Below, piece by piece: positions 1 through 8,921 of a stretch of DNA of 64,000 bases; the first letter of the stretch is position 1, and every line of letters starts with the position of its first letter. Made by a program: the position numbers and the translations under genes. The notes beneath the pieces are model-generated. The model saw nothing but the letters and a program-made list of their open reading frames with translations. It made no database searches and had not been told where the DNA came from. This DNA comes from Nitrospirales bacterium (GTDB taxonomy: Bacteria > Nitrospirota > Nitrospiria > Nitrospirales > UBA8639): positions 32,001 through 96,000 of the forward strand of contig CBDCWC010000002.1 in the NCBI GenBank assembly GCA_965223295.1. Direction: 5' to 3'.

Positions 1-317
1 TTAAAGGTATGGGCGTTTACAAACCAGGTGGTTGGGGAACGATGTATCTAGGTAGAGAGGTGACTGAATTGAGTATCCGCTTTGGGTCGTGATTTGCCGT
101 TTACTGTATCTGGCACCAGGACTTGAAATTGAAAGGTGGGCATGGTTCAAAAGGGGACCGATTGGGATCTGTGCTATTAACCATGTGGTTCACTTACAAG
201 GCCGCTCCACATACGACTTATCTCACCATCCATCGTGCCCTCGATGCATTGGAAATAGCCTGAGGCCGTTTGCTCGGCTGTCAGGATAGGTATCTGGTTC
301 ATGGATATGGGGGGTTC

Positions 318-794
318 TTACTTCACCGCCTCATCTGCGATCGCGTTCAGGGCATGTTCAAACTTTGCCATGGCTGTTTGGTTAGAGGGCATTCCATGCC
401 GAGGGTAGATTGTGCCATACAAGTATGTCGCTGAATTGTAACTCAGAAATACCTGTCCTTTCTCGTCTTCCCAGACCAGGGCTTTTAATGGGAGATCGAT
501 GGCGAGGGTCGGGGTCTTGAGAAAATTCGGTGTCCCAAGGCGAGGATTTCCAAAGACGATGACGGTAGCGGGCGGCATCGTCAACCCCACAGATTTGGCG
601 GCGGCGGAATGATCTAAGCGTGTAAAGAGGGTCAGTCCACGTGCTTTCACGGCTGCTTCAAATTTGTTAATCGTCGCCTCAACGGAATGCGCACTTGGTT
701 TTGTAATTAAACCTTCGGCAGCGAAGTTTGGTATGGCCAGGCACAACAACAAGATGGTGATGCTGCCAGGAAGGAATAATCGATACATCTTCAT
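318..794 (-). CDS. DUF302-family exported protein
   Basis: Signal-peptide-like N-terminus, then LDHSAAAKSVGL...VIVFGNPRLGTP...LAIDLPLKALVWED typical of DUF302. Start moved to ATG 794, which has GGAG 7 nt upstream. Confidence 0.85.
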   Translation of the reverse strand: MKMYRLFLPGSITILLLCLAIPNFAAEGLITKPSAHSVEATINKFEAAVKARGLTLFTRLDHSAAAKSVGLTMPPATVIVFGNPRLGTPNFLKTPTLAIDLPLKALVWEDEKGQVFLSYNSATYLYGTIYPRHGMPSNQTAMAKFEHALNAIADEAVK

Positions 795-1175
795 CATGAT
801 TCTCCGTAAAGTAGGGTGGACTAATGACAGGGGCAATGGCTTGACCTAGCAATGAAGGAATTCTTGAATGAGAGTGAGAAATCAAATTGGTGGGTTGCAA
901 TTAAAGAACTCTGTCTCTTACCACTTGCCTGAAGGAAGACATGCGAATGTATCAAATCACCTGCCTTACAACAACAAACCCCATCTATACTCTGCGCCCT
1001 GCTCAAGATAATTTGTTTTCGACTTTGTGGATATCTCAAAAACCCCTGTTTGTTCTGTACCCGACCTGTCCTGGAGGTTTCAAACAGGTTGGGTCTGTTC
1101 AGTTCTTATCATCCATCCTTAACTATCAAGAGCCTTTCTTCTGCGGACCCATTAACTGTTTCTGATGTGATCTGT

Positions 1176-1216
1176 TTGACATTGGTCTAAAAATTCCATA
1201 TATCTGGATATATGGA
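1176..1216 (+). promoter_or_regulatory. ars promoter and ArsR operator
   Basis: TTGACA (1176-1181), 17 nt spacer, TATATC (1199-1204). Perfect 10-2-10 inverted repeat TCCATATATC-TG-GATATATGGA (1195-1216) covers the -10 box and the arsR ATG. Confidence 0.8.
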
Positions 1217-1592
1217 TATTGAAAAGAGCACACTTGTCTTTGACGCATTATCTCAAGAAACGCGCCTGCGAGCCTTTCGCATGCTGGTCCAAGCGGGATC
1301 AGATGGGCTTCCAGCTGGAGCCATAAGCGAAGAACTTAGCATACCACAGAACACCCTCTCTTTTCACCTCAATCACCTCTCTCATGCGGGTATTGTGAGA
1401 TCACGCAGGGAAGGGCGATCTATTATGTACTTTGCCGATTTTGAACTGATGGGAGAGTTAATCAGTTTTTTGGTGAAGGACTGTTGCAGTAGAGAAGTGG
1501 CCAATATCCGCCGGGATAAAAAGAAGGGCTGTTCTATTATTGAACTTGTCGATTGTTGCAAGCCGAAGGTGGAAGCGACGGCAAATGGCTAA
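1212..1592 (+). CDS. arsR: ArsR/SmtB family arsenic-responsive repressor
   Basis: ALSQETRLRAFRML...PQNTLSFHL winged HTH; C-terminal DCC cysteine pairs; first gene of the ars operon. Confidence 0.93.
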   Translation: MDIEKSTLVFDALSQETRLRAFRMLVQAGSDGLPAGAISEELSIPQNTLSFHLNHLSHAGIVRSRREGRSIMYFADFELMGELISFLVKDCCSREVANIRRDKKKGCSIIELVDCCKPKVEATANG

Positions 1593-2010
1593 TGTTCTTC
1601 AAAAAGTGTTGTTTGTCTGTACGGGAAATTCTTGCCGCTCAATTATGGCCGAAATGTTGCTCAATAGTCTTGGCAAGGGCCGTTATCAGGCTTTCAGTGC
1701 CGGTAGTAGCCCGATAGGTCAAGTTCATCCTCAATCTATTGAAACGCTGAAGCGTCACGGTATCGCCCCCGGCCAGCCGCGTAGTAAATCATGGGATGAG
1801 TTTGCCGGGAGGCATGTTGATATTGTGATAACCGTGTGTGACCGGGCTGCTGGCGAAAGTTGTCCTCTCTTTCCTGGACATTCCAAGAAACTGCATTGGA
1901 GTACGCCTGACCCAGCTCAAGCGACAGATACTGAGGATGAAATCCACGCGGCCTTTGATGAAGCCTTCGCTTTGCTTCGAACCCATATTGAAAAAGAACT
2001 GTTACTATGA
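1585..2010 (+). CDS. arsC: Arsenate reductase (LMW-PTPase/thioredoxin type)
   Basis: [13 protein letters not shown]-loop, ITVCD...ESCP and DP motif. ATG 1585 overlaps the end of arsR. Confidence 0.93.
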   Translation: MANVLQKVLFVCTGNSCRSIMAEMLLNSLGKGRYQAFSAGSSPIGQVHPQSIETLKRHGIAPGQPRSKSWDEFAGRHVDIVITVCDRAAGESCPLFPGHSKKLHWSTPDPAQATDTEDEIHAAFDEAFALLRTHIEKELLL

Positions 2011-3077
2011 GTGAACAATCGCCACTTGGGGTGTTTGGCCGTTATTTAAGCCTGTGGGTTGGACTGTGTATTTTGACAGGAATTGGGTTGGGCAACGCCT
2101 TTCCCTCACTGTTCCAAGTGGTGGCTGATTTGAAATATGCCAATGTCAACTTCATCGTGGCCATACTGATCTGGGTCATGATTTACCCGATGATGACGCA
2201 GGTCGATTTTTCCAGCCTAAAAAATCTTAGCCAAAGACCGCGTGGCCTGTGCATCACTCTGGTTGTGAATTGGTTGATTAAACCCTTTACCATGGCTGCA
2301 TTGGGGATTATGTTCTTTGAGCATGTCTTTGCCGGGTGGGTCGAGCCTGAAGCTGCCAAGGAGTATATTGCTGGAATGATCTTGCTTGGTGTGGCGCCAT
2401 GTACAGCCATGGTCTTCGTGTGGAGTCAGCTGACTCGCGGAGATGCTGGCTATACGCTGGTGCAGGTATCCATCAATGATCTCATTATGATCTTTGCCTT
2501 TGCACCCATCGCGGGGTTTCTCCTGGGCATCACAGATATCCTTGTGCCGTGGGAGACTCTGCTGTTGTCTGTGGTGCTGTATGTCGTCATTCCCCTTGTG
2601 GCCGGATTTTTTACCCGGTCTTTTCTTATCAAGAAGAAAGACAACCAAGATACATTAAAACGTTTCGCCAAGCATCTTGAGCCGTATTCGATTATTGGCC
2701 TTTTGGCGACCGTGGTATTACTCTTCGGGTTTCAGGCACAGACGATTCTTGATCAACCCCTGGTGATCGGGCTAATTGCCGTTCCTTTGCTGATACAGAG
2801 CTATGCCATATTCTTTGTGGCCTATGGGTGGTCGTATCTCTGGAGCGTGCCACACAATATTGCCGCTCCCGCATCTTTGATCGGAACCTCTAATTTCTTT
2901 GAGCTGGCCGTCGCGGTGGCCATTAGCCTGTTTGGGCTCCATTCCGGTGCGGCACTGGCGACGGTGGTCGGTGTCTTAGTTGAAGTCCCGGTTATGCTGT
3001 CACTGGTGGCCTTTGCCAATCGCACTAAAAGACAGTTCCTTCACGTACCCCATCTACCGTCTGTCTTCTCTCCGTAA
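2007..3077 (+). CDS. acr3: Acr3 family arsenite efflux transporter
   Basis: [43 protein letters not shown] and [11 protein letters not shown] motifs. Confidence 0.95.
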   Translation: MSEQSPLGVFGRYLSLWVGLCILTGIGLGNAFPSLFQVVADLKYANVNFIVAILIWVMIYPMMTQVDFSSLKNLSQRPRGLCITLVVNWLIKPFTMAALGIMFFEHVFAGWVEPEAAKEYIAGMILLGVAPCTAMVFVWSQLTRGDAGYTLVQVSINDLIMIFAFAPIAGFLLGITDILVPWETLLLSVVLYVVIPLVAGFFTRSFLIKKKDNQDTLKRFAKHLEPYSIIGLLATVVLLFGFQAQTILDQPLVIGLIAVPLLIQSYAIFFVAYGWSYLWSVPHNIAAPASLIGTSNFFELAVAVAISLFGLHSGAALATVVGVLVEVPVMLSLVAFANRTKRQFLHVPHLPSVFSP

Positions 3078-3155
3078 GCAACCGAGCCACACACTTTGTC
3101 TCTCGGTCTTCCATGCTGGTATTTTTTCAGAAGCAGGGCGATGATTTTCATGTTC

Positions 3156-3346
3156 GGGAGTGTTGAATAGTGAGGATATCAAAGGCCATGTTTCATCAGG
3201 AAGTCCTTGACAATCAATAGCCTCGGGTCTGTTCAAAAAAGTCCGTCTAGCAAGGCCGCAGCCCTTTTTGCGCGCGGAGCGTACTGGCACTACGTGAGCA
3301 CGGAAAAAGGGCGAGAACGCCGCTGGCGGCTTTTTTCAACAGACCC
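3156..3346 (+). mobile_element. MITE family A, composite: ~69 bp unit (3156-3224) + 122 bp unit (3225-3346)
   Basis: The 122 bp unit has terminal inverted repeats GGGTCTGTT...AACAGACCC and recurs at 61073-61194. The ~69 bp unit recurs at 20216-20280 and, reversed, at 15631-15699. Confidence 0.8.
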
Positions 3347-3369
3347 AGGCTGAGAAAGGCCTGGGAAGG

Positions 3370-4078
3370 ATGAACTCCGTCCATACCATATCGCTGTTAG
3401 GACTGATTTTGGCATTTATGCCGACGGTCGTTGTCATAAGCATTCTGTATCGATGGGGGTTGGATGTTCGGACCTCCTTGTCTGCCGTCACTCGGATGCT
3501 CGTTCAGTTGTTGTTAATCGGCTATGTCTTGGTGACAATCTTTGAAACCGATCATGCAGGAATGATCGTGCTTGTACTCATGCGATCATGCTCGTCGCAG
3601 CGAGTTGGATTGCACGTGCGCCCCCTTCAGGAAAAACGGACACTCCTGTACAGAAATGCCTTCCTCGGCATATGTGTGGGAAGCATGCTGACTCTTGCGC
3701 TGGTGACGCAGTTGGTGCTGGGCGTTGAACCGTGGTTTTTGCCTCGATATGTTGTGCCTCTTGCTGGAATGATCATTGCCAGCTCTATGAACGCGGTCAG
3801 TCTTGCAGCCGAGCGGTTTGAGTCGGAAATGCGAAAAGGCGGTCGCTATGATGAGGCGAGAAGTGTGGCGCTTACAGGCGGCGCTCATTCCAGTGACTAA
3901 TTCGCTCTTCGCCGTTGGGTTGGTCTCTTTGCCAGGGATGATGACCGGGTCAGATTCTCTCAGGCGTGTCTCGCCTTTCGTGGCTGCGAAATATCAAATT
4001 GTGGTCATGTGTATGATATTCGGAGCTTCAGGAATGTCAGCCGCAATGTACCTGGTGCTTGCAAAAAATCATCACTGA
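3370..4078 (+). pseudogene. fetB: FetB/YbbM (UPF0014) ABC permease, frameshifted (possibly sequencing indels)
   Basis: RMLVQLLLIGYVL, PRYVVPLAGMIIASSMN and VGLVSLPGMMTG motifs are split across frames; apparent extra bases near 3580, 3615, 3871, 3950 and 3966. Confidence 0.75.
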
Positions 4079-4334
4079 CCAACGTGATACGAGCAGATAT
4101 TCAGCAGGACAGTGTCCAATAGAAAAACCACTAGTGCTGCTCCTGAGTCCTATCCCACCACCATCCAGAAACAGGTTCTACAAGAGGTGTTGCGCCTGAT
4201 TCACGAATCACAAATTCTGTACATTTGAAAATGTATTGGCTAGGATTAACTCATTAATATTTAAAAGTATATGTTTTGTCCATTAAACTGTGCGGTAGGC
4301 TTGTGATCAGTTTTTGAAATGAATCGGCTCAGTA

Positions 4335-4464
4335 TTCCTCTCCTTTGTAAGGAGAGGTTAGGTGAGGTAGAGCCTTTGGTCATTGGAAAGTCATGACTCG
4401 TTCAGCTGAGACAAATTTCAAAGAGACTACCTCCCCTCTGCCCCTCCTTACAAAGGAGGGGGAA
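4335..4464. repeat. REP-like inverted doublet (REPIN-like)
   Basis: TTCCTCTCCTTTGTAAGGAGAGGTTAGGTGAGGTAGAG ... CTACCTCCCCTCTGCCCCTCCTTACAAAGGAGGGGGAA. Each arm is a hairpin and the arms are mutually inverted; a single copy lies at 19138-19174. Confidence 0.75.
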
Positions 4465-4492
4465 GAGCAAGGGTTATCCTTATAGAAATCAG

Positions 4493-4981
4493 ATGAAAAC
4501 GAGCATTGCTGTTTTTGTGTCTTATGCCAGGGCTAATCGGGATTTGGCCAGACGTTTTTTGAAGAATTTCAAGGAACAGGTTGCACCCTCAAGGTGCTAT
4601 TCCTATAAATTTTGGCGGGACTCAGACATTCTCGTAGGAGAAAAATGGCACGAAGAAATTCAAAATGCTTTGATGAAATGTGATGTAGGGCTAGTGTTGA
4701 TTAGCCCGGCGTTTTTAGGTTCGCAGTATATTCAAGAGCATGAATTGCCAAAATTTCTGAAGCGGGGAGGAAAAACAGTGATCCCGGTGCTGCTACAGCC
4801 GATTGATTTAGATCGACATGACTTAAAAGGGCTTCAGCGTGTACAAATTTTCAGGTTAGACCGCCCGCGTTTCGCCTCGCCAAAGGCGTATGGCGAATGC
4901 TCTGGTGCCCAGCGCCAGCAATTTACCTTGGAACTCTTTCGTCAAGTTGAGGCACGGTTGGACAAGATTGTGCCTGAATAA
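4493..4981 (+). CDS. Stand-alone TIR domain protein
   Basis: VFVSYA box 1, FWRDSDILVGEKWHEEIQNAL, LISPAFLGSQYIQEHELP (catalytic-type Glu region), VIPVLL. Confidence 0.88.
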   Translation: MKTSIAVFVSYARANRDLARRFLKNFKEQVAPSRCYSYKFWRDSDILVGEKWHEEIQNALMKCDVGLVLISPAFLGSQYIQEHELPKFLKRGGKTVIPVLLQPIDLDRHDLKGLQRVQIFRLDRPRFASPKAYGECSGAQRQQFTLELFRQVEARLDKIVPE

Positions 4982-4995
4982 AATGTCAAAATCTT

Positions 4996-6279
4996 ATGTC
5001 TGAACCAACCATCATCTGTCCAAGTTGCAAAGCTGAGGTCAAACTGACGGAATCTTTAGCCGCTCCGCTGCTGGAAGCCACGAAGCGTGAGTTTGAACAT
5101 CGGCTTATGCAAAAAGAAGCCGAATCGGTTAAGCGAGAAGCGGCTATCCGTGAGCGAGAAGTGGCGCTGGCGAAGTCGCAAGAAGCTCTTGATGCACAAG
5201 TAGCTGAGAAACTAAAGACAGAGCGCACGCGGATTGTTGCTGAGGAGTCAAAGAAAGCGAAGCTGGCGTTAACACATGACCTTGAACAGAAATCAAAAGA
5301 TCTCCTTGAATTGCAGGGACTGCTGAAGCAGCGGGATGAAAAATTAGCTGAAGCCCAGAAAGCACAGGCTGATTTACTTCGCAAACAACGCGAGTTGGAT
5401 GATGCCAAGCGTGAACTCGATCTCACTGTGGAGAAACGTGTTCAAGCGGGGCTCACGGTGACACGGGAGCAAGCGAAGAAAGAAGCCGATGACGCGGCGA
5501 AGTTGAAGCTCATGGAAGCTGAGCAAACGATTTCTTCCATGCAAAAACAAGTGGAAGAATTGAAGCGTAAAGCGGAGCAAGGTTCCCAGCAATTACAGGG
5601 CGAAGTTCAGGAATTGGAACTGGAGGGGCTTCTGACTGCGAAGTTTCCACATGATACAATTCAGCCAGTGCCAAAAGGTGAACATGGCGGTGATGTTTTA
5701 CAATATGTGGGCGGTCCTTATGGTCAAGCTTGCGGCACGATACTCTGGGAATCCAAGCGGACAAAGAATTGGGCCAATGCCTGGCTTGTAAAGTTGCGAG
5801 AGGATCAACGGCAGGCTAAGGCGGAATTAGCTGTGATTGTGAGTCAGAGGCTTCCCAAAGACATGACAACCTTTGGACTGATTGACGGTGTGTGGGTGAC
5901 TGAACCCCAATCAGCGCTTTCCCTTGCGATGGCTCTCCGGCATAGTTTGCTAGAAGTCGCCTTGGCCAAACAGGCGAACGAGGGACAACAAACCAAAATG
6001 GAAATGGTGTATGACTATTTGATGGGCCCCCGGTTCCGTCAGCGTGTGGAGGCCATTGCAGAGGCTTTTAAAACCATGCAAGAAGATCTGGATAAAGAGC
6101 GTAAAGTCATCATGAAGCAATGGGCGAAACGCGAAGCGCAGGTTGATCGTGTGATGCAAGCGACTGTGGGCATGTATGGTGACTTACAGGGTATTGCCGG
6201 TAAAACCCTACAGGAAATCGAAGGTCTGGAATTAAGGGCTCTTGATGTCTCGACTGTTGAGCAATCAACAAAAGACTAG
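4996..6279 (+). CDS. DUF2130-like coiled-coil protein with C-terminal PD-(D/E)xK-like domain
   Basis: N-terminal CPSC...LTESLAAP, long coiled coil, GSQQLQGEVQELELE, GGDVLQ...ILWESKRTKNW. Confidence 0.85.
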   Translation: MSEPTIICPSCKAEVKLTESLAAPLLEATKREFEHRLMQKEAESVKREAAIREREVALAKSQEALDAQVAEKLKTERTRIVAEESKKAKLALTHDLEQKSKDLLELQGLLKQRDEKLAEAQKAQADLLRKQRELDDAKRELDLTVEKRVQAGLTVTREQAKKEADDAAKLKLMEAEQTISSMQKQVEELKRKAEQGSQQLQGEVQELELEGLLTAKFPHDTIQPVPKGEHGGDVLQYVGGPYGQACGTILWESKRTKNWANAWLVKLREDQRQAKAELAVIVSQRLPKDMTTFGLIDGVWVTEPQSALSLAMALRHSLLEVALAKQANEGQQTKMEMVYDYLMGPRFRQRVEAIAEAFKTMQEDLDKERKVIMKQWAKREAQVDRVMQATVGMYGDLQGIAGKTLQEIEGLELRALDVSTVEQSTKD

Positions 6280-6281
6280 AA

Positions 6282-6373
6282 GGCACCTCTAAAAACCGTC
6301 CTTTTTCCCGATGGCGGAGTCAGCTGCGTGCTGCTTCCTTGCCCTCGAAAACCCCCCGATTTTTAGAGATGCC
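6282..6373 (+). mobile_element. MITE family B, short (internally deleted) copy
   Basis: Ends GGCACCTCTAAAAA...TTTTTAGAGATGCC; shares TTTTTCCCGATGGCGGAGTCAGC and GCTTCCTTGCCCTC with 24452-24639. Confidence 0.75.
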
Positions 6374-6762
6374 CTAAAGTATTCAACTTTGTCCTGCCTC
6401 CAACGTGAATTGTTGACTCAAAAAGTCTTGAACCTAGTAAGCGAAAAGTGAGGTTAGTTATTTTCTTTTGACTGAAAGGCCTTCTTCGATTAATATCAGA
6501 GACAACTTTTTTATAGTTCAGACTGCATTATTTTTCCTTTATTGTACTCCCTCTCAATTAGCTATTTGGTCGTTTAGGGTGGTTGCGGTTTGGTTCGAAG
6601 AACTTGCGCTGTGAAAAGTTTTTCTTCCAACTATCTCTACATTCTAAGTAGCAGTGTATTTTTCCTCTTAGTGAACTAGACAGAAAGGTTGACTGTGTTC
6701 ATAGGGCTATTTCTTTGTGAAGCATGTGGAAGTATTGAAGGTGGTAAAGGAGCAGGAAGAAC

Positions 6763-7875
6763 ATGACTCAATCGTCCTATTCTTTTGCTTATAGTAAGCC
6801 TCAGTCACCTCAAGAGAGATCTTCTGATATGCTTGCCGTTGTGACAGGGGGGGCGGGATTCATAGGGCGCCATCTTGTGAACATGCTATTGGACTGTGGA
6901 TTCCAAGTGCGGGTTGTGGATGTCCAAGAACGTAAAAACTTTGATGCACGTGTTGAATACTTTCATGGGTCAATTTTAGATCAAGCCCTGTTGCAAACTG
7001 TGATGGAAGGAGCAAGCCACGTCTTTCATCTTGCCGCTAATCCGAACTTATGGGTGGCTGATAAGAACGAATTTCATCAGGTGAACTTCATGGGCACCCG
7101 GGCAGTCCTAGAAGCGGCCAGGCGAGCTGGCGTTCAGCGCATCGTTCATACTTCCACTGAATCAATTTTGAAGGGTCAACATGAAGAGACGGATCATCCG
7201 GTGAATGAAGGTGTGGTGCGCACGTTGGATGACATGCCTGGTCCCTATTGCCAGTCAAAATTTTTGGCCGAGCAAGAAGCGATGGCGGCAGCGCAGGATG
7301 GGCTGCCTGTTGTCATTGTGAATCCCACCTTGCCGATTGGCCCCGGCGATTATCTGCTCACGCCTCCGACTAAAATGCTGCTGGATTTTGTGAATGGAGA
7401 AAATCCGGCCTATCTGGATTTTGAAATGAATATGATTGACGTGCGGGATGCAGCCTGGGGCCATATTTTGGCGGCCGAGCGGGGGCAGGTTGGTGAACGA
7501 TATATTTTAGGCGGAGAAAATTTGAGGTTGTCACAGATTTTAGCCATTCTTCACGAACTAACAGGATTGTCGATGCCTCGATTTCGGATTCCGTATTTTT
7601 TGGCGTTCGGTGTGGCAGCGGTCTCAGAAGTTATCGCTGATACGTTTACGAATAAGCCTCCGAAAGCTTCTCTCACAGGAGTCCGAGTTGCGGGAGCCTC
7701 TATGGTGTTTGATTGTTCGAAAGCTGTGAACGAATTAGGGCTTCCTCAGAGTTCCGTGCGCCAGGCTATTGCGGAAGGATTGCTCTTTTTGTGTCAACAA
7801 GGTCACGTTCGCCAAGAAGAAATTGGATCACGACTAGAGAACTTTCAATCTGCTCCACATGTCAATATGGCATGA
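6763..7875 (+). CDS. NAD-dependent epimerase/dehydratase (HpnA/dihydroflavonol reductase-like)
   Basis: VTGGAGFIG, HLAA, YCQSK (YxxxK), VIVNPTLPIGPGD...PT, GERYILGGEN. True start may be ATG 6829. Confidence 0.88.
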   Translation: MTQSSYSFAYSKPQSPQERSSDMLAVVTGGAGFIGRHLVNMLLDCGFQVRVVDVQERKNFDARVEYFHGSILDQALLQTVMEGASHVFHLAANPNLWVADKNEFHQVNFMGTRAVLEAARRAGVQRIVHTSTESILKGQHEETDHPVNEGVVRTLDDMPGPYCQSKFLAEQEAMAAAQDGLPVVIVNPTLPIGPGDYLLTPPTKMLLDFVNGENPAYLDFEMNMIDVRDAAWGHILAAERGQVGERYILGGENLRLSQILAILHELTGLSMPRFRIPYFLAFGVAAVSEVIADTFTNKPPKASLTGVRVAGASMVFDCSKAVNELGLPQSSVRQAIAEGLLFLCQQGHVRQEEIGSRLENFQSAPHVNMA

Positions 7876-7963
7876 TACATTCTCTCCTCAAGCAGTAAAC
7901 CTCAGATTTCGCAATCAGAATTGATTGAATCCTTGCCGAAAGAAACACAGGCGGCGCTTTTCC

Positions 7964-8824
7964 TTAAGAAGGAATGACAAAATCATAATAACCAAGGAGT
8001 CCATCGGTGATTTTTCCTGTGGCATCGGGCGCATAGTCGACGATGACATCTTGTTGTTCTTTTGATGACAATCCAGCATCCCTGATGACCACATCATTCG
8101 GTAGCAACTCCTGATTCAGATCATTGTTCGGGATGTGGTCTCCTCTGAAATAAAGTTGAGTGATGAGCGTAGGGAGCTCTGGAGCCAGGATCTTGAAATG
8201 CAAGTGCGAAGGTCGATAAATACCTCGCCGGAGATCGATCGGATAAAATCCTGGCACGATGGTTTTAAACCAATAGTTTCCTTGTTCATCGGTGACAGCT
8301 TTTCCCCAATATTGGAAATGTTCATCGTGGGCTCGATGAATAGCTACTCCTGTCTTAGGATGGGGAAAACTGTATGTCCCGTCGTCTCCTCTATGATTGT
8401 ACCGGCCTGTAGCCGAGGCGCTCCACATAATAAGAGTCGAGTTTGGAATGGGCTGGCCGGTCTTGGCATCCAGCACCCGGCCTCGGATGTAGACAATCTG
8501 CCCCTGTGCCGTACCCTTTCGTCCTTTGACAAATGTCAGATCTTGATCGTTCGCCTCACTGATTGGAATTTTGGGGTCAGCGAGTTCTCGAATGGCATCA
8601 ACTTCATCTCCATTGTCAGGAAAGAATGGGCCTAAACTCTGTTGAGGTGTAGGCTGGATGGGCTGTGCTGCGCCGCGATTGAGAGGGAACATGCTTCCTA
8701 TGAGGAATCCGATGAAGCCAGCACTTTGTATTAAGGCGCGCCGTCGCGAGATATGGTTATCCGAAGAGGGCATAGGTGCTTCTTTCTTTGGATCTGCATT
8801 CTTATTATTTTTTACTTCATTCAT
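7964..8824 (-). CDS. Intradiol ring-cleavage dioxygenase (protocatechuate 3,4-dioxygenase-like) with putative Tat signal
   Basis: TPQQSLGPFFP, GRYNH, GNYWFKTIVPGFYP, RPSHLHF, LITQLYF; SRRRALIQ followed by a hydrophobic stretch; AAGGAG RBS before ATG 8824. Confidence 0.88.
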   Translation of the reverse strand: MNEVKNNKNADPKKEAPMPSSDNHISRRRALIQSAGFIGFLIGSMFPLNRGAAQPIQPTPQQSLGPFFPDNGDEVDAIRELADPKIPISEANDQDLTFVKGRKGTAQGQIVYIRGRVLDAKTGQPIPNSTLIMWSASATGRYNHRGDDGTYSFPHPKTGVAIHRAHDEHFQYWGKAVTDEQGNYWFKTIVPGFYPIDLRRGIYRPSHLHFKILAPELPTLITQLYFRGDHIPNNDLNQELLPNDVVIRDAGLSSKEQQDVIVDYAPDATGKITDGLLGYYDFVIPS

Positions 8825-8921
8825 AGTATACTCCTTATAGTCAATTAGAATTGAAAGAAGACATGCCATTTGGCTGATGGTGTCATCTCAGTGCACTTAC
8901 TTGTGACCATCTGTATCTCTT

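Noticed and set aside
89-289. 66 aa ORF at the window start
   Set aside because: No recognisable motif or RBS; cannot be supported.
1059-1101. Hairpin ACCCGACCTGT...ACAGGTTGGGT with adjacent GGGTCTGTTCA resembling a MITE end
   Set aside because: Only an 11 bp match with no second end or internal similarity; function cannot be assigned.
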